Source: Longimicrobiales bacterium
GTDB lineage: Bacteria > Gemmatimonadota > Gemmatimonadetes > Longimicrobiales > Gaopeijiaceae
NCBI GenBank assembly: GCA_965248195.1
Contig: CBDFIQ010000002.1
Coordinates: forward strand, 2,400,001 to 2,464,000
Direction: 5' to 3'
Length of the DNA: 64,000 bases
The notes beneath the pieces were generated by a model, which saw nothing but the letters and a program-made list of their open reading frames with translations, did no database searches and was not told the origin of the DNA. Made by a program: the position numbers and the translations under genes. Below, piece after piece: positions 21,947 to 31,825 of this stretch; the first letter of the stretch is position 1, and each line of letters opens with the position of its first letter.

Positions 21947-22822
21947 TTACGAGCGTCCGGAGGACTCCGCCCCAGTCGAGGACCGGGCAATCACTTTGGC
22001 GAGCCTGTCCTGCACCCGCCGGTGGCCGAGGTTGCTGATGTAGACCTTCTGCGCGCCGACGGACCGCAGGGCGTCCAGGGTTTTGCCCAGAAGCTCTTCG
22101 GGGGTGGCGCCGGCCTCGAATTCGCGGGCCAACTCCTCTGCGGGGACCGGGAAAAAATCGCCCAATCGCCCGAGGGTACCCGGATCGGCACTCCAATAGT
22201 AGAAGACTCCGAAAATTCCCGGTGTGTCCACACCCCGGCGATCGCACTCCTCGAGGAACGCCTCGACCCGACCCACACTGTGGTGAGATACCACCTGCGT
22301 GAGGTAAAAGTCGGCTGAAAAATCCTCCGCGCCCACGTACTCGACCTGCATTCGCACGTCGCGGTGCGGGTTCGCCCAACCGCCCAGGGAGAGCCCCGGT
22401 TGCCGCTCGCGAATCCGCTGCCGGAGCATGTAGGCGTGTGGAACAGAGCGTGACGGACCCACCGAGGTGTCTCCACCCACCACCGTGAGCGCCTCGAACC
22501 CGAGGGAGTGAGCACGATCCGCGAACATGAGGCAGTGCTCGATCGTGTGTTTGCACGTGAGAAAGGGAACGAGACGCGAGAGCGGCACGTCGGAACCGAC
22601 GTTGGCCGCAAGGTGCGCGAGGTTCTCCTCTTCCCGTGCTCCGACCGCATCATCCGTCAAGAAAACGAAGGTGTCCTTGAGCGCGAGATTCCGGATGGAG
22701 TGGTTGAGGTCGATCCAGGTGTCCATCCCCTCGGTGGCCGAAAGCCCACTCCGCGGTGGCCGAAGCTCCACAGTGACGAGCGGCCCCGACCGCCCCAGCC
22801 GCTCCACCAGAGCCGAGGTCAC
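21947..22822 (-). CDS. Stand-alone MTHFR (MetF)-like FAD-linked oxidoreductase, divergent
   Basis: TVELRPP, LTD, FLTCK, VVGGD, GGWANP and ADFYLTQ follow the order of MTHFR barrel motifs. Confidence 0.65.
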   Translation of the reverse strand: MTSALVERLGRSGPLVTVELRPPRSGLSATEGMDTWIDLNHSIRNLALKDTFVFLTDDAVGAREEENLAHLAANVGSDVPLSRLVPFLTCKHTIEHCLMFADRAHSLGFEALTVVGGDTSVGPSRSVPHAYMLRQRIRERQPGLSLGGWANPHRDVRMQVEYVGAEDFSADFYLTQVVSHHSVGRVEAFLEECDRRGVDTPGIFGVFYYWSADPGTLGRLGDFFPVPAEELAREFEAGATPEELLGKTLDALRSVGAQKVYISNLGHRRVQDRLAKVIARSSTGAESSGRS

Positions 22823-24129
22823 CCCTTCCCTTCCACAAGACGCTCGATCTCGTCGGCGGAAACCGGTAATGCGGCCGTCAGCACCTCGTGTCCCTCGGCG
22901 GTCACAACCACATCGTCTTCGATCCTGATGCCAACGCCCACGTACTCCTCCGGAACGCTGGAACCCTCGGACGGGCCTGGGAAGTAGAGACCGGGCTCCA
23001 CGGTCAAAACCATTCCCGGCTCCAGCACTCGCGACACACCGGAGGAGGCGTAGTCACCCACGTCGTGCACGTCCAGCCCTAGCCAATGCGACGTCTGATG
23101 GGGATAGAATGGCTTGTAGGCCTCGTTATCGATCACCTCCGCCTTGTCGCCATCGAGAACGCCCAGGTCGCGGAGTCCTTCGACGAGCACGTCCCGCGCC
23201 GTGTGATGGATCGACTCGACGGTCACCCCGGGCCGAATACATTCTATGGCCTGATCATGCGCCTCCAGGACCCAATCGTAGAGAGTTCGCTGGGCTGCCG
23301 TGAAGGATCCGGATGCCGGGAAGGTACGGGTGACGTCACAGACATAGTGGTCCACCTCCGCACCGGCGTCCACCAGGACCAGGTCCCCTTCCTGGACCGG
23401 GCAGTCGTTATCCTCGTAGTGCAGCACGCAGGCGTTCGCACCCGAGGCCACGATGGTGGGATAGGCGGGCCCCCTGGCCCCTTTACGTCGAAACGCGCCG
23501 TTGAGAATTCCCTCGAGCTCCCACTCTCCGACCCCCGGCCGCAAGGCGGCCCCGAACATTTCGGTAAAAGCCTCGACGGTGATCGTCGCAGCCCGCCGCA
23601 TGTGCTCCAACTCTTCCGGGCCCTTCACGAGCCGCAGGGGATCGAGCAACCTCCCGGGATCGATGATCCCACGGGGACCGACACCCTTCCTGGCGCCACG
23701 TAGCCGAGCGGTCTGGAGAGCCCCGACCACCAAGCTCTGCACGCGCGAATCGGTCCCGATCCGGAAGTATGCGTCCTCGGCCCCAGCAAGCAATTTGGGA
23801 AGATGCTCGGACAGCACGTCGCTTCCATAAGTCGTCTTGGCACCGAACACTGCTCCAGCCCGCTCCGGCCCAAGCCGCTCTCCGCTCCAGAGCTCCTCTT
23901 CGGAATTCCGAGGTCGTACGAAGAGCACGAAATCACCGTCCTCACCACCCGGGCGAAGGACGGCCACAGCCCCCGGCTCCGTCACACCGGTTAAATAGAA
24001 GAGATCGCTGTCCGCCCTGTACCGTCCTCCGGGGGCGTTGGTCTTGGAGTCCAGGACCAAGGCCGACCCGTCCAGCTCCGCCAAAACGCGCTTACGCCGC
24101 GCCGCGAAATCGTCGGGTGAAAAACCCAA
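22819..24129 (-). CDS. pepP: Xaa-Pro aminopeptidase (M24B)
   Basis: YRADSDLFYLTG N-domain; LHY, DAG...DVTRTFP, HQTSHWLGLDVHD, EPGLY, GIRIEDD. Confidence 0.93.
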   Translation of the reverse strand: MGFSPDDFAARRKRVLAELDGSALVLDSKTNAPGGRYRADSDLFYLTGVTEPGAVAVLRPGGEDGDFVLFVRPRNSEEELWSGERLGPERAGAVFGAKTTYGSDVLSEHLPKLLAGAEDAYFRIGTDSRVQSLVVGALQTARLRGARKGVGPRGIIDPGRLLDPLRLVKGPEELEHMRRAATITVEAFTEMFGAALRPGVGEWELEGILNGAFRRKGARGPAYPTIVASGANACVLHYEDNDCPVQEGDLVLVDAGAEVDHYVCDVTRTFPASGSFTAAQRTLYDWVLEAHDQAIECIRPGVTVESIHHTARDVLVEGLRDLGVLDGDKAEVIDNEAYKPFYPHQTSHWLGLDVHDVGDYASSGVSRVLEPGMVLTVEPGLYFPGPSEGSSVPEEYVGVGIRIEDDVVVTAEGHEVLTAALPVSADEIERLVEGKG

Positions 24130-24133
24130 CCGC

Positions 24134-26245
24134 CTATTCGCCGCCGCTCACGGTGGGAGCCCGTTCGACCAACCAGTGTTCGAACCAGCTACGGATCCGC
24201 TCCAACCGGTCCACGATGAGCCATGGCTCTCCCGTCCGGGACAAGCCATGAGAAGATCTCGGGTACCGCACCATCTCCACCGGCACACCCAAGTTCTTCA
24301 AAGCCATGAACCACTGCTCCGCGTCGCCGATGGGGGTCCTGTAGTCATTCTCGCTGTGGATGATGAGCGTCGGAGCCGTGACGTTCTCGACGTACGAGAT
24401 CGGGGACAGCCGACGGTATAGATTCCTCCGCTCCCACGGGGCCCCGAAGAACTCGTACTCGGTCAGCGCCTGGGCGTCCGAGGATCCCCACCAACTCTCC
24501 CAGTTTACGATGGAGCGAGAGGTGACGGCGGCGTGAAAACGGTCGGTCGTCGCCGTAAGCCAGTTCGTCATGAAGCCGCCGTAGCTACCACCCGAGACGC
24601 CCAAACGTGTCGAGTCGGCCTCCGGGTATTGAGCGAGGGCAGCGTCCACGCCGCTCAGATAATCCTCGCTGTCCCGGACACCCCATTGGCCGCGGGTGGC
24701 GTACTTGAACTCGTGGCCGTAGCCGCTCGACCCCCTGGGGTTGGAGTAGAGGACCAAGAAGCCGGCCGAGGAAAGCACATGGAAGGTCGGGAAGAACGTG
24801 TTGCCATACGCACTGTGCGGCCCACCGTGAATCTTCAGGATCAGCGGGTACCTACCACCGGGGGTGTAGCCCACGGGTTTGATGACCCACCCCTCCACCT
24901 CGACGCTGTCGCCGACCATCCACGTCAGCCGCTCGGGGGGAACGAGGGAAACGCGCTCCATCCAGCCCTCGTTGAACTCGGTCACACGCCGTTCGGCCGT
25001 TCCGTCGCCCCGGGCCACATATAGCTCCAGGGGCGAGACCACATCGGTGGCGGCGTATGCCATGATATGGCCACGGTCGGAGAGCGAGACACTGGTGAGC
25101 TGTCGATCACCCTCGGTCACCTGAATGACCGGGCCGGCGGCGGCCGCGACCCGAAAGAGATGGCGATTCCCGCCAACGGAGGCGGAGAACAGAATCGCGG
25201 TTCCATCCGCCGACCATTGGGGGGCGCCGGGCTCGAGGCCCCAGCCCTCGGTGAGATTGGTGGGCTCCGTCGTGAACCGCCCGTCGGCACCGACGTCTAC
25301 CACCATCAGATCCTGCTCCGCGCCACGCTCCGCCGTGAAGATGTACGCCAGCCGTGTGCCGTCAGGCGAGGGTGACGGCGAAGCCTCCGAGCCCGGGTCC
25401 GGTGTGAGGTCGGTAACGGAGCCGTCGGTCACGCGAATCGCCCAGATGTCCCGGGTCAGCTCCTCGTTGTTGGATTCATCGTTCTGGTTCTGGTCTCCGG
25501 AGAAGTAGAGGGTACGCCCATCGGGGGACCAGCGAACGTCGGACTTGTCGAACGGGAGCGCCGTCAGCCGTCTTGGAAGACCTCCCTCGGCCGATACCAA
25601 GTAGAGGTCATCGGACTCGTTCGCGGAAAAGTGCGGACGCAGCGTGATCGTACCGTCTGTTTTGTAGCGTGTCGACGTCACCACACGCCCATCGAAGCGC
25701 TCCGGATCCAGCGTATTCGAAAGAGCATCCGGAGCAATCCAACCCTCACGTTCGTCGGACTCCGTGTCCTCAGCGAGGGCGAGGTACGCAATCCACTCGC
25801 CGTCCGCCGACCAGACCGGAGCCCCCCGAACCCCCTCGATGCGGAAAGCCTCTCCACCGGGACCCGAGACACGGACGAACCAGGTGGAGTTGTCTTCGTC
25901 TCCGCGCTGTGACGTGAAGGAAAGAAGCGCTCCATCCGGTGACCACCTCGGAGCGAATGAGTCCCATGTGGGAGCGGTGAAACGATACGGGTCGCCGCTT
26001 GGACGCCCGTTCTCGAGCGCCTGCATCCACACCTCTCGCAGGCGGCGATTCTCCTCTTCGAGAATCCGTGTCACGGTAAACGCAACGAGGTCGCCCTCGG
26101 GAGAGACCGCAACGTCACCCACGCTTACCAGATCATAGTAGTCGGCTGGTTGGAATCCACGCTGCTGGGCCGAGGTTGGCCAGGCCATGGCCGCCCACAG
26201 CGCCCACGCCACGCCAGGCATCCCGATCGTTCTCGCCGATGTCAC
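24134..26245 (-). CDS. S9 family (prolyl oligopeptidase / acylaminoacyl peptidase) secreted peptidase
   Basis: Signal peptide; PD40 repeats (WSPDG); IHGGP, GGSYGG nucleophile, D and H of the catalytic triad. Start uncertain (GTG at 26245). Confidence 0.92.
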   Translation of the reverse strand: MTSARTIGMPGVAWALWAAMAWPTSAQQRGFQPADYYDLVSVGDVAVSPEGDLVAFTVTRILEEENRRLREVWMQALENGRPSGDPYRFTAPTWDSFAPRWSPDGALLSFTSQRGDEDNSTWFVRVSGPGGEAFRIEGVRGAPVWSADGEWIAYLALAEDTESDEREGWIAPDALSNTLDPERFDGRVVTSTRYKTDGTITLRPHFSANESDDLYLVSAEGGLPRRLTALPFDKSDVRWSPDGRTLYFSGDQNQNDESNNEELTRDIWAIRVTDGSVTDLTPDPGSEASPSPSPDGTRLAYIFTAERGAEQDLMVVDVGADGRFTTEPTNLTEGWGLEPGAPQWSADGTAILFSASVGGNRHLFRVAAAAGPVIQVTEGDRQLTSVSLSDRGHIMAYAATDVVSPLELYVARGDGTAERRVTEFNEGWMERVSLVPPERLTWMVGDSVEVEGWVIKPVGYTPGGRYPLILKIHGGPHSAYGNTFFPTFHVLSSAGFLVLYSNPRGSSGYGHEFKYATRGQWGVRDSEDYLSGVDAALAQYPEADSTRLGVSGGSYGGFMTNWLTATTDRFHAAVTSRSIVNWESWWGSSDAQALTEYEFFGAPWERRNLYRRLSPISYVENVTAPTLIIHSENDYRTPIGDAEQWFMALKNLGVPVEMVRYPRSSHGLSRTGEPWLIVDRLERIRSWFEHWLVERAPTVSGGE

Positions 26246-26498
26246 CTTCAAATCCGTCTCCGTGTCACTACCGTAAGCGCCTGCTGCGCCGTAACCGACC
26301 GATGCACGGCCAAATCTATGAGGGGTAGGGACTTGCCTCAAGACGGACGCCACTGGGATTCAACCGTCCCCGTGCACGCCAATCGCAAGGTCGATGCCAA
26401 AAAACCTCTTCGCTCCGCGCCAGGGGAGGGGATCCCCGACCTGACGAGGCGGTAAGAGATGTGTCCACAAGCCAGCGCATCAAGGATCGGGGGAGTTT

Positions 26499-27674
26499 GT
26501 GATGGCGGGTTCCGGCACCGACTCACGTGTACGTCTAAACGTTTTATGGACGTTCCTACACGCCGTGCGGACGTCGTTCCTCTTTACCACTTTCTTATGG
26601 TGCCTCGGCGCGATCCTGTTCGTCACCGTCCCGCTGGGCGCCCAGGCCATCTCTGGGACTTTGGTCGAGGCCGAGACGGGTGCTCCCGTGGAAGGAGCCT
26701 CGGTCATGCTTCTCAGTCGGGACGGTGAGCAACTCGATTGGCGCCTGACGAACGCCGCGGGACGGTTCGACTTCCAGACGCCAGGACCTGGAACATACTT
26801 GCTGCGTGCAGACCGGATCGGCCACGCCCGCGTTCTTTCCGATCCGATCCCGATCGACCGTGGAGTCACTGTCGTATACAGGCTGGAGACTCCATTGGAG
26901 GCAATCAGATTGGCCGGGATCGAGGTGCGGAGAAGCCGCCGCTGTGAGGTCCGACCCGCGCAGGGCGTTTCCACAGCAACGGTGTGGGAGGAGGCGCGCA
27001 AGGCCCTGGAGGCCACATCACGCACCAGCATCCTCGGCGTCTACCGTTACATGATTCGCCGTTATGAACGGGAATTGGATGCTCGAGGCCGCCGAGTGAG
27101 GAACGAGCAGAGCCGAATCCTCCGAGGGCAGGTACTGGCCAGGCCCTTCCGCAGCCTGGACGTCGAGAACCTACTCGAGAATGGGTTCGTGCGCCCCGAC
27201 GGCGAGGGGAACATCTACTACGCACCCGACGCCGATGTCCTCCTGTCGGATGCCTTCCTGGACACGCACTGCATGAGCCTGGCAGAGGGAGACGACGAAG
27301 CCGAGGGCCTTCTCGGGTTACGGTTCGAGCCGACGGAGGATCGCGGAGTCCCGGATATCCGTGGCGTCCTATGGCTGGACCCGGCGAACGCGGAGCTTCA
27401 GTGGCTGGATTATCGTTACGAGTTCCTGGACGTTCGCAACTCGGAGAGGCTCGGGGGAAGAATTAGATTTCATGGCCTCCCCAACGGGACGTGGATCGTA
27501 CGCGAGTGGTATATCCGCATGCCGCTCCTCCAGGCTTACCCCGGGCGAAGGCGACCGCGGCTCATCGGGCTCAAGGAAGAAGGTGGCGTGGTCTTACGCG
27601 TAGACAACCTGAATGGCGATCCCGTTCTCGGCTCGGGGGCCGGTATCATCGAGGAACCCGGGCTCGAGGACTAG
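26499..27674 (+). CDS. Carboxypeptidase regulatory-like domain-containing secreted protein
   Basis: AQAISGTLVEAETGAPVEGASV...TNAAGRF...GPGTYLLRADRIGH; start uncertain. Confidence 0.75.
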   Translation: MMAGSGTDSRVRLNVLWTFLHAVRTSFLFTTFLWCLGAILFVTVPLGAQAISGTLVEAETGAPVEGASVMLLSRDGEQLDWRLTNAAGRFDFQTPGPGTYLLRADRIGHARVLSDPIPIDRGVTVVYRLETPLEAIRLAGIEVRRSRRCEVRPAQGVSTATVWEEARKALEATSRTSILGVYRYMIRRYERELDARGRRVRNEQSRILRGQVLARPFRSLDVENLLENGFVRPDGEGNIYYAPDADVLLSDAFLDTHCMSLAEGDDEAEGLLGLRFEPTEDRGVPDIRGVLWLDPANAELQWLDYRYEFLDVRNSERLGGRIRFHGLPNGTWIVREWYIRMPLLQAYPGRRRPRLIGLKEEGGVVLRVDNLNGDPVLGSGAGIIEEPGLED

Positions 27675-27841
27675 GATCCGGGGCGAGACGCAGTGGTGGC
27701 CTGCGCCTAGCGCTTCGGGAACGGGGCCCGGCCACACAAATTTTGGTTCCTCCCCCCTGGTCCTTCCGAGCATGCAGGAGTAGTGTGTGGACTTCCTCCG
27801 CTAGCAAAAAACTTTCAGAACACAACAAAGAGGATGAGGGG

Positions 27842-29989
27842 ATGAAAGGCAGAACCATGTTCGTGATACCTGTTCGCGTGAACGTCACTCACTGGGTCGT
27901 GACCCTTCTGATGGCCGTCACGACGTTGAATCCGTGGACGCCCGAAATCGCCGCGCAGGAACCGCTCGATTCGGTCATTCCCTTGGACTCCATCGTGGTG
28001 AACGTGCTTCGGGGCACCGTCGGATTGGACCGCGCGCCCTACGCAGTATCGGTTTCCAGTGGGCAGGCGCTGCAACTGGGCAACACCGGTTTCTCCCTCG
28101 ACGAGGCCCTTCAGGGGATCCCCGGCCTCCAAATTCAGAACCGGTACAACTATACGGTGGGTGAGCGGATCTCCATCCGTGGTTTCGGGGCCCGATCCCA
28201 GTTCGGCGCGCGCGGAATCAAGATTCTCGTGGACGGCATTCCGGCCACGATGGCCGACGGACAGTCGACCTTGGACCATCTCGACATCGGGTCGCTTGGA
28301 CGCGCCGAAGTCTTGCGCGGACCGGCCGCGGCCATATACGGCAATGGCGGTGGTGGGGTGCTGAGCCTCGAGACGGCGGCACCGCCCGACGTGCCCATAC
28401 GCCAAGAGGCCAAAGCCGTCGTCGGAGAAAACGGGCTCATGCGATTTCAGAGCACGACGTCCGGTACCCAAGGCGGGACGTCGTACCTCGTGAACGTCTC
28501 ACATCTGACGTATGACGGATTCCGAACCGTCGCCGACAGCAGCTTGTTCGTTGGGGAGCGCTCCGACAGCAGCTTGTACGGACTAGCCAGACGCGTGAAC
28601 GTGAACGGCCAGGTGGCTTTGGAAGCCGGTGCGGGACAGCTCCGTATTACGGCCAACTTCTTCGATCTGGCCGGAGAGAGTGCCGGGGGCCTCAACCGGA
28701 CGGCCATGTACGTCGATGAGTCGCTCAACGCGCGCGGTGGCGGATTTGGCAACGTCGCGAGGAACGCGCGGAAGGATCTGCATCAGGGGCAGCTGGGGGC
28801 CACCTGGTCGGGGCCTGTCGGGGCTCTCAACGCCGAATTTACCGGGTGGGGGCTCTTTCGGAGGATGGACAATCCCATCCCACCGCGGATCATCGACCTC
28901 AATAGAAACGCGTTCGGCTTCCGGGGGGTGGTCTCCACCGAGAGCAGTGGCGATCCGGGAGAGGTCACGCTGCGGGCCGGAATCGACCTCGATTTCCAGC
29001 GCGACGACCGGGTGGAACATTTAAACGTCGCGGGTACGCGGGGTACGCTGACCAAGGACCAGTTCGAGACCGTCACCGCGACAGGGCTCTTCCTTCAGGC
29101 AACCGCCACGCTCACGGAGCGTGTTTCGCTCATGGGGGGAGTGCGTTACGACCGATTCGACTTTGAGGTCGATGATCGGTTGCCGGCCGATAACTCCGGT
29201 GATCGGGTTATGGACGAACTGAGCCCCACCGTGGGCCTCGTCGTGGAGGCGAGCCCCACGCTGTCCGTCTTTGGCAACTTCGCCACGTCACTGGCCACTC
29301 CCACGACCACGGAGCTGGCCAACACCCCGTCCGGCGGAACCGGCTTCAACCCCGATCTGAATCCGCAGACCGGTAACACAGGAGAAGTCGGATTCCGAGG
29401 TCAGGCGAGCGGCCGCTTCGCGTTTGAAGCGAGCGCGTTCCTCAGCAAGCTCCAAAACGAACTCGTCCCGTTCGAGACCGCCGCGCAGGACGGCCGCGTC
29501 TTCCACAGGAATTCCGGGGAATCGACGTATCAGGGGCTCGAGGCCTCGGTGCGGGCGGTTCTTCCCCAGGGCGTCTCGGGCCAACTTTCCTACACGCTCG
29601 TGGACGCTAAATTCGACGAGTTCGAGGTAGAAGGCGAGGTCTTCGACGGCAACTTCATTCCCGGGTTGGCAAGGAACCGTCTCGAAGGCCTGCTGCGTGT
29701 GACCCAAGGTCCATGGTACGGCGAGGTTCGCGGCGACCACGTGGGAAAAGTTCGCACCAGGGACGACAATGACCCCGGGACGGACGCGAGACAATACACG
29801 CTTTGGGACATCCGAACCGGTCTCTCCGGGCAGCGTGTAGGCAATGTCGTGCTGGCACCCTTCGTCAGCCTTACAAACGTCTTCGACGAGGTGTACGCAG
29901 CTGCCGTGGCGGTGAACGCCTTTGGAGGTCGGTTCTTCGAGCCGGGCCCGAGGCGCGCGTTTTCCGCGGGGGTGAGCGCGGCGTTCTAG
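27842..29989 (+). CDS. TonB-dependent receptor, YncD/PqqU-like
   Basis: Plug GLQIQNRYNY...ISIRGFGARSQFG.RGIKILVDGIPATMADGQ; EVLRGPAAAIYG; C-terminal FEPGPRRAFSAGVSAAF. Confidence 0.9.
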   Translation: MKGRTMFVIPVRVNVTHWVVTLLMAVTTLNPWTPEIAAQEPLDSVIPLDSIVVNVLRGTVGLDRAPYAVSVSSGQALQLGNTGFSLDEALQGIPGLQIQNRYNYTVGERISIRGFGARSQFGARGIKILVDGIPATMADGQSTLDHLDIGSLGRAEVLRGPAAAIYGNGGGGVLSLETAAPPDVPIRQEAKAVVGENGLMRFQSTTSGTQGGTSYLVNVSHLTYDGFRTVADSSLFVGERSDSSLYGLARRVNVNGQVALEAGAGQLRITANFFDLAGESAGGLNRTAMYVDESLNARGGGFGNVARNARKDLHQGQLGATWSGPVGALNAEFTGWGLFRRMDNPIPPRIIDLNRNAFGFRGVVSTESSGDPGEVTLRAGIDLDFQRDDRVEHLNVAGTRGTLTKDQFETVTATGLFLQATATLTERVSLMGGVRYDRFDFEVDDRLPADNSGDRVMDELSPTVGLVVEASPTLSVFGNFATSLATPTTTELANTPSGGTGFNPDLNPQTGNTGEVGFRGQASGRFAFEASAFLSKLQNELVPFETAAQDGRVFHRNSGESTYQGLEASVRAVLPQGVSGQLSYTLVDAKFDEFEVEGEVFDGNFIPGLARNRLEGLLRVTQGPWYGEVRGDHVGKVRTRDDNDPGTDARQYTLWDIRTGLSGQRVGNVVLAPFVSLTNVFDEVYAAAVAVNAFGGRFFEPGPRRAFSAGVSAAF

Positions 29990-30069
29990 AGCGGAGCGGC
30001 TCGGCGCTCGCGAGTTCCGAGCGGCTGGCGGGTTCGGCGCGGCTGAATCGCCGCAGCGGTTGGAAAGGA

Positions 30070-31044
30070 TCAGAGAGCGGCCCGGCAAAACGCCGGGTCG
30101 CTCACGACCGCCAAGGCATTCCGCACGGCCCGTTCGCCCTCCTCGTCGGACGGGCGACTCATAATTCGTCCATGGACGACCATCACGGACGAACCGCCCC
30201 CGTCGAGATTGAGCGCCTCCGCCGCATCGGTCGCCGCAAGGGCGCCCGTCATCTCCGCCAGGGTCATCCCCGACGAGTAGGACCCCTGGCGCCCGTCCAC
30301 GACCACGACCCAGAGGCGTCGGGCTTTCGGATCGTAGGCAACGGCCGTTCGGGGATGCCGCAACGACGCGAAGCCTTGATCCGAGCCCGGATTTTCGTTC
30401 ATGAGCGGGTCCCCCTCATCCAACAGTTCCGGGTACCCTCCGATCACCTGGGTCCTGCCGGGCCGGCTCCGGGACACCCGAATGCCCGCGGACAACCCGC
30501 CCACTTCCCGCTGGACCGTCCCGATCCAAGGGTCGCGGCCGGGTGTCCACTCGAGCGCCGGCCGCTGAGAAGACCACAGAACCCTCCCCGCCGCCACCTC
30601 GGGGCCGAGCGGACGCCCCTCCGGCGTAAAGAAGTCCCCGTTGACCGCAGCAAGCACTCCAGCACCGGCGTCTCCGACGAGTTCCGTCACAGTAGCTAGT
30701 CCTGGCTCATACGATTCAATCTCACCTGCAGGCAGCACTCTCAGGCCCAGATCGCATCGCCCCAGGTCCAGGCGCAGGACATGCACCGCCCAGGGACCCT
30801 TTTCCGACCAGACGAAGTGGTAGGAGAGCCCGTCATGAAGGAAGAGGGCACGGATCGAGTCCGCTCCTAAATAGGACAGCAGCTCCTCGGGTAGCGGCTC
30901 AGGGAGGCGGGACGGACGATCGGGAGGCGTGCACGCGAGAACCTGGGTCGCCAACGCACCCACGACCAAGGCGCTGCCCGCCCTCCACGCACACGCGGGA
31001 TCCCTCTCGCGCGTGTGCCACACAAGCTTTTTAAAGAACCCCAT
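30070..31044 (-). CDS. Phosphodiester glycosidase family (NAGPA/DUF2233) protein, probable lipoprotein
   Basis: AVNGDFF, RHPRTAV, VVVDGRQ...SGMT, ALNLDGGGSS, RAVRN; VLAC lipobox-like motif. Confidence 0.88.
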   Translation of the reverse strand: MGFFKKLVWHTRERDPACAWRAGSALVVGALATQVLACTPPDRPSRLPEPLPEELLSYLGADSIRALFLHDGLSYHFVWSEKGPWAVHVLRLDLGRCDLGLRVLPAGEIESYEPGLATVTELVGDAGAGVLAAVNGDFFTPEGRPLGPEVAAGRVLWSSQRPALEWTPGRDPWIGTVQREVGGLSAGIRVSRSRPGRTQVIGGYPELLDEGDPLMNENPGSDQGFASLRHPRTAVAYDPKARRLWVVVVDGRQGSYSSGMTLAEMTGALAATDAAEALNLDGGGSSVMVVHGRIMSRPSDEEGERAVRNALAVVSDPAFCRAAL

Positions 31045-31175
31045 TTCCTCGCCTCGATAGAAGGCATGGGTTCACCGCCGAATCGTCGCACGGCGAAGTC
31101 CATGGGATAGCCCCCGTTCCTGGCCCCCGTTCCCAGGATAGCCCCGGTCCCGCGATTCTTCTATACTCGGGCGCC

Positions 31176-31766
31176 ATGACATTCCGACGTGCCGACACCG
31201 GGCCCATGGGCTCCAGCCACCTTGGACGGCACGCGCCGGGACGGAGGCCGACCCGAGCGATGAGGCGTGTGGCCCGGCTCGTCGCGTTATCCTCTTGCCT
31301 GACTGGCCTGATCGTGTCTCCGCTGGCCGCTCAAGCCACCGCCGACGACATGCGACTCCGCGTCGGCGTCACCGCCGGGGGGATCGGGTCGATCGGTGCC
31401 TCCGTCGAGTTTCTGTGGGGGAGTCGGAGCGTCGACGTGAACCTGGCGACCCTCTCCTTCAGCGAGGTGAGCCTGGCCGTCACGGGCAAGCAGTATTTCG
31501 GCGGTGGCGACCTGCGGCCGTTCGTAGGTGTGGGTCTTTGGGGAATCGCCGGATCGACCGGACAGGATGGCGACCAGACAGGCAAGGCGCTGATCCTCCG
31601 CATTCCGGTGGGGGGCGACTGGAACTTCACCGGGCGCCACCACCTGGGCGGGAGTCTGGCGGTGAATGAAGGCCTATGGATCGACCGAGCCGATCCCGAG
31701 GACGACACGCCTGTCAGCCGGCAACCGGTCCCCGTTCCCGGATTTTTCTACCGCTTCGAGCCGTAG
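31176..31766 (+). CDS. Hypothetical small outer-membrane beta-barrel-like protein
   Basis: Signal peptide (…SPLAAQ), alternating beta strands (LRPFVGVG), C-terminal FFYRF; true start may be downstream. Confidence 0.6.
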   Translation: MTFRRADTGPMGSSHLGRHAPGRRPTRAMRRVARLVALSSCLTGLIVSPLAAQATADDMRLRVGVTAGGIGSIGASVEFLWGSRSVDVNLATLSFSEVSLAVTGKQYFGGGDLRPFVGVGLWGIAGSTGQDGDQTGKALILRIPVGGDWNFTGRHHLGGSLAVNEGLWIDRADPEDDTPVSRQPVPVPGFFYRFEP

Positions 31767-31825
31767 AGATGCAACGGGCCCCCTACGGAACCTGTCAACG
31801 ACAATGGGACACTCTACGGGATTAA

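Noticed and set aside
26250..26498. GCCACTGGGA resembling part of a cobalamin riboswitch
   Set aside because: The other conserved elements and their order are missing.
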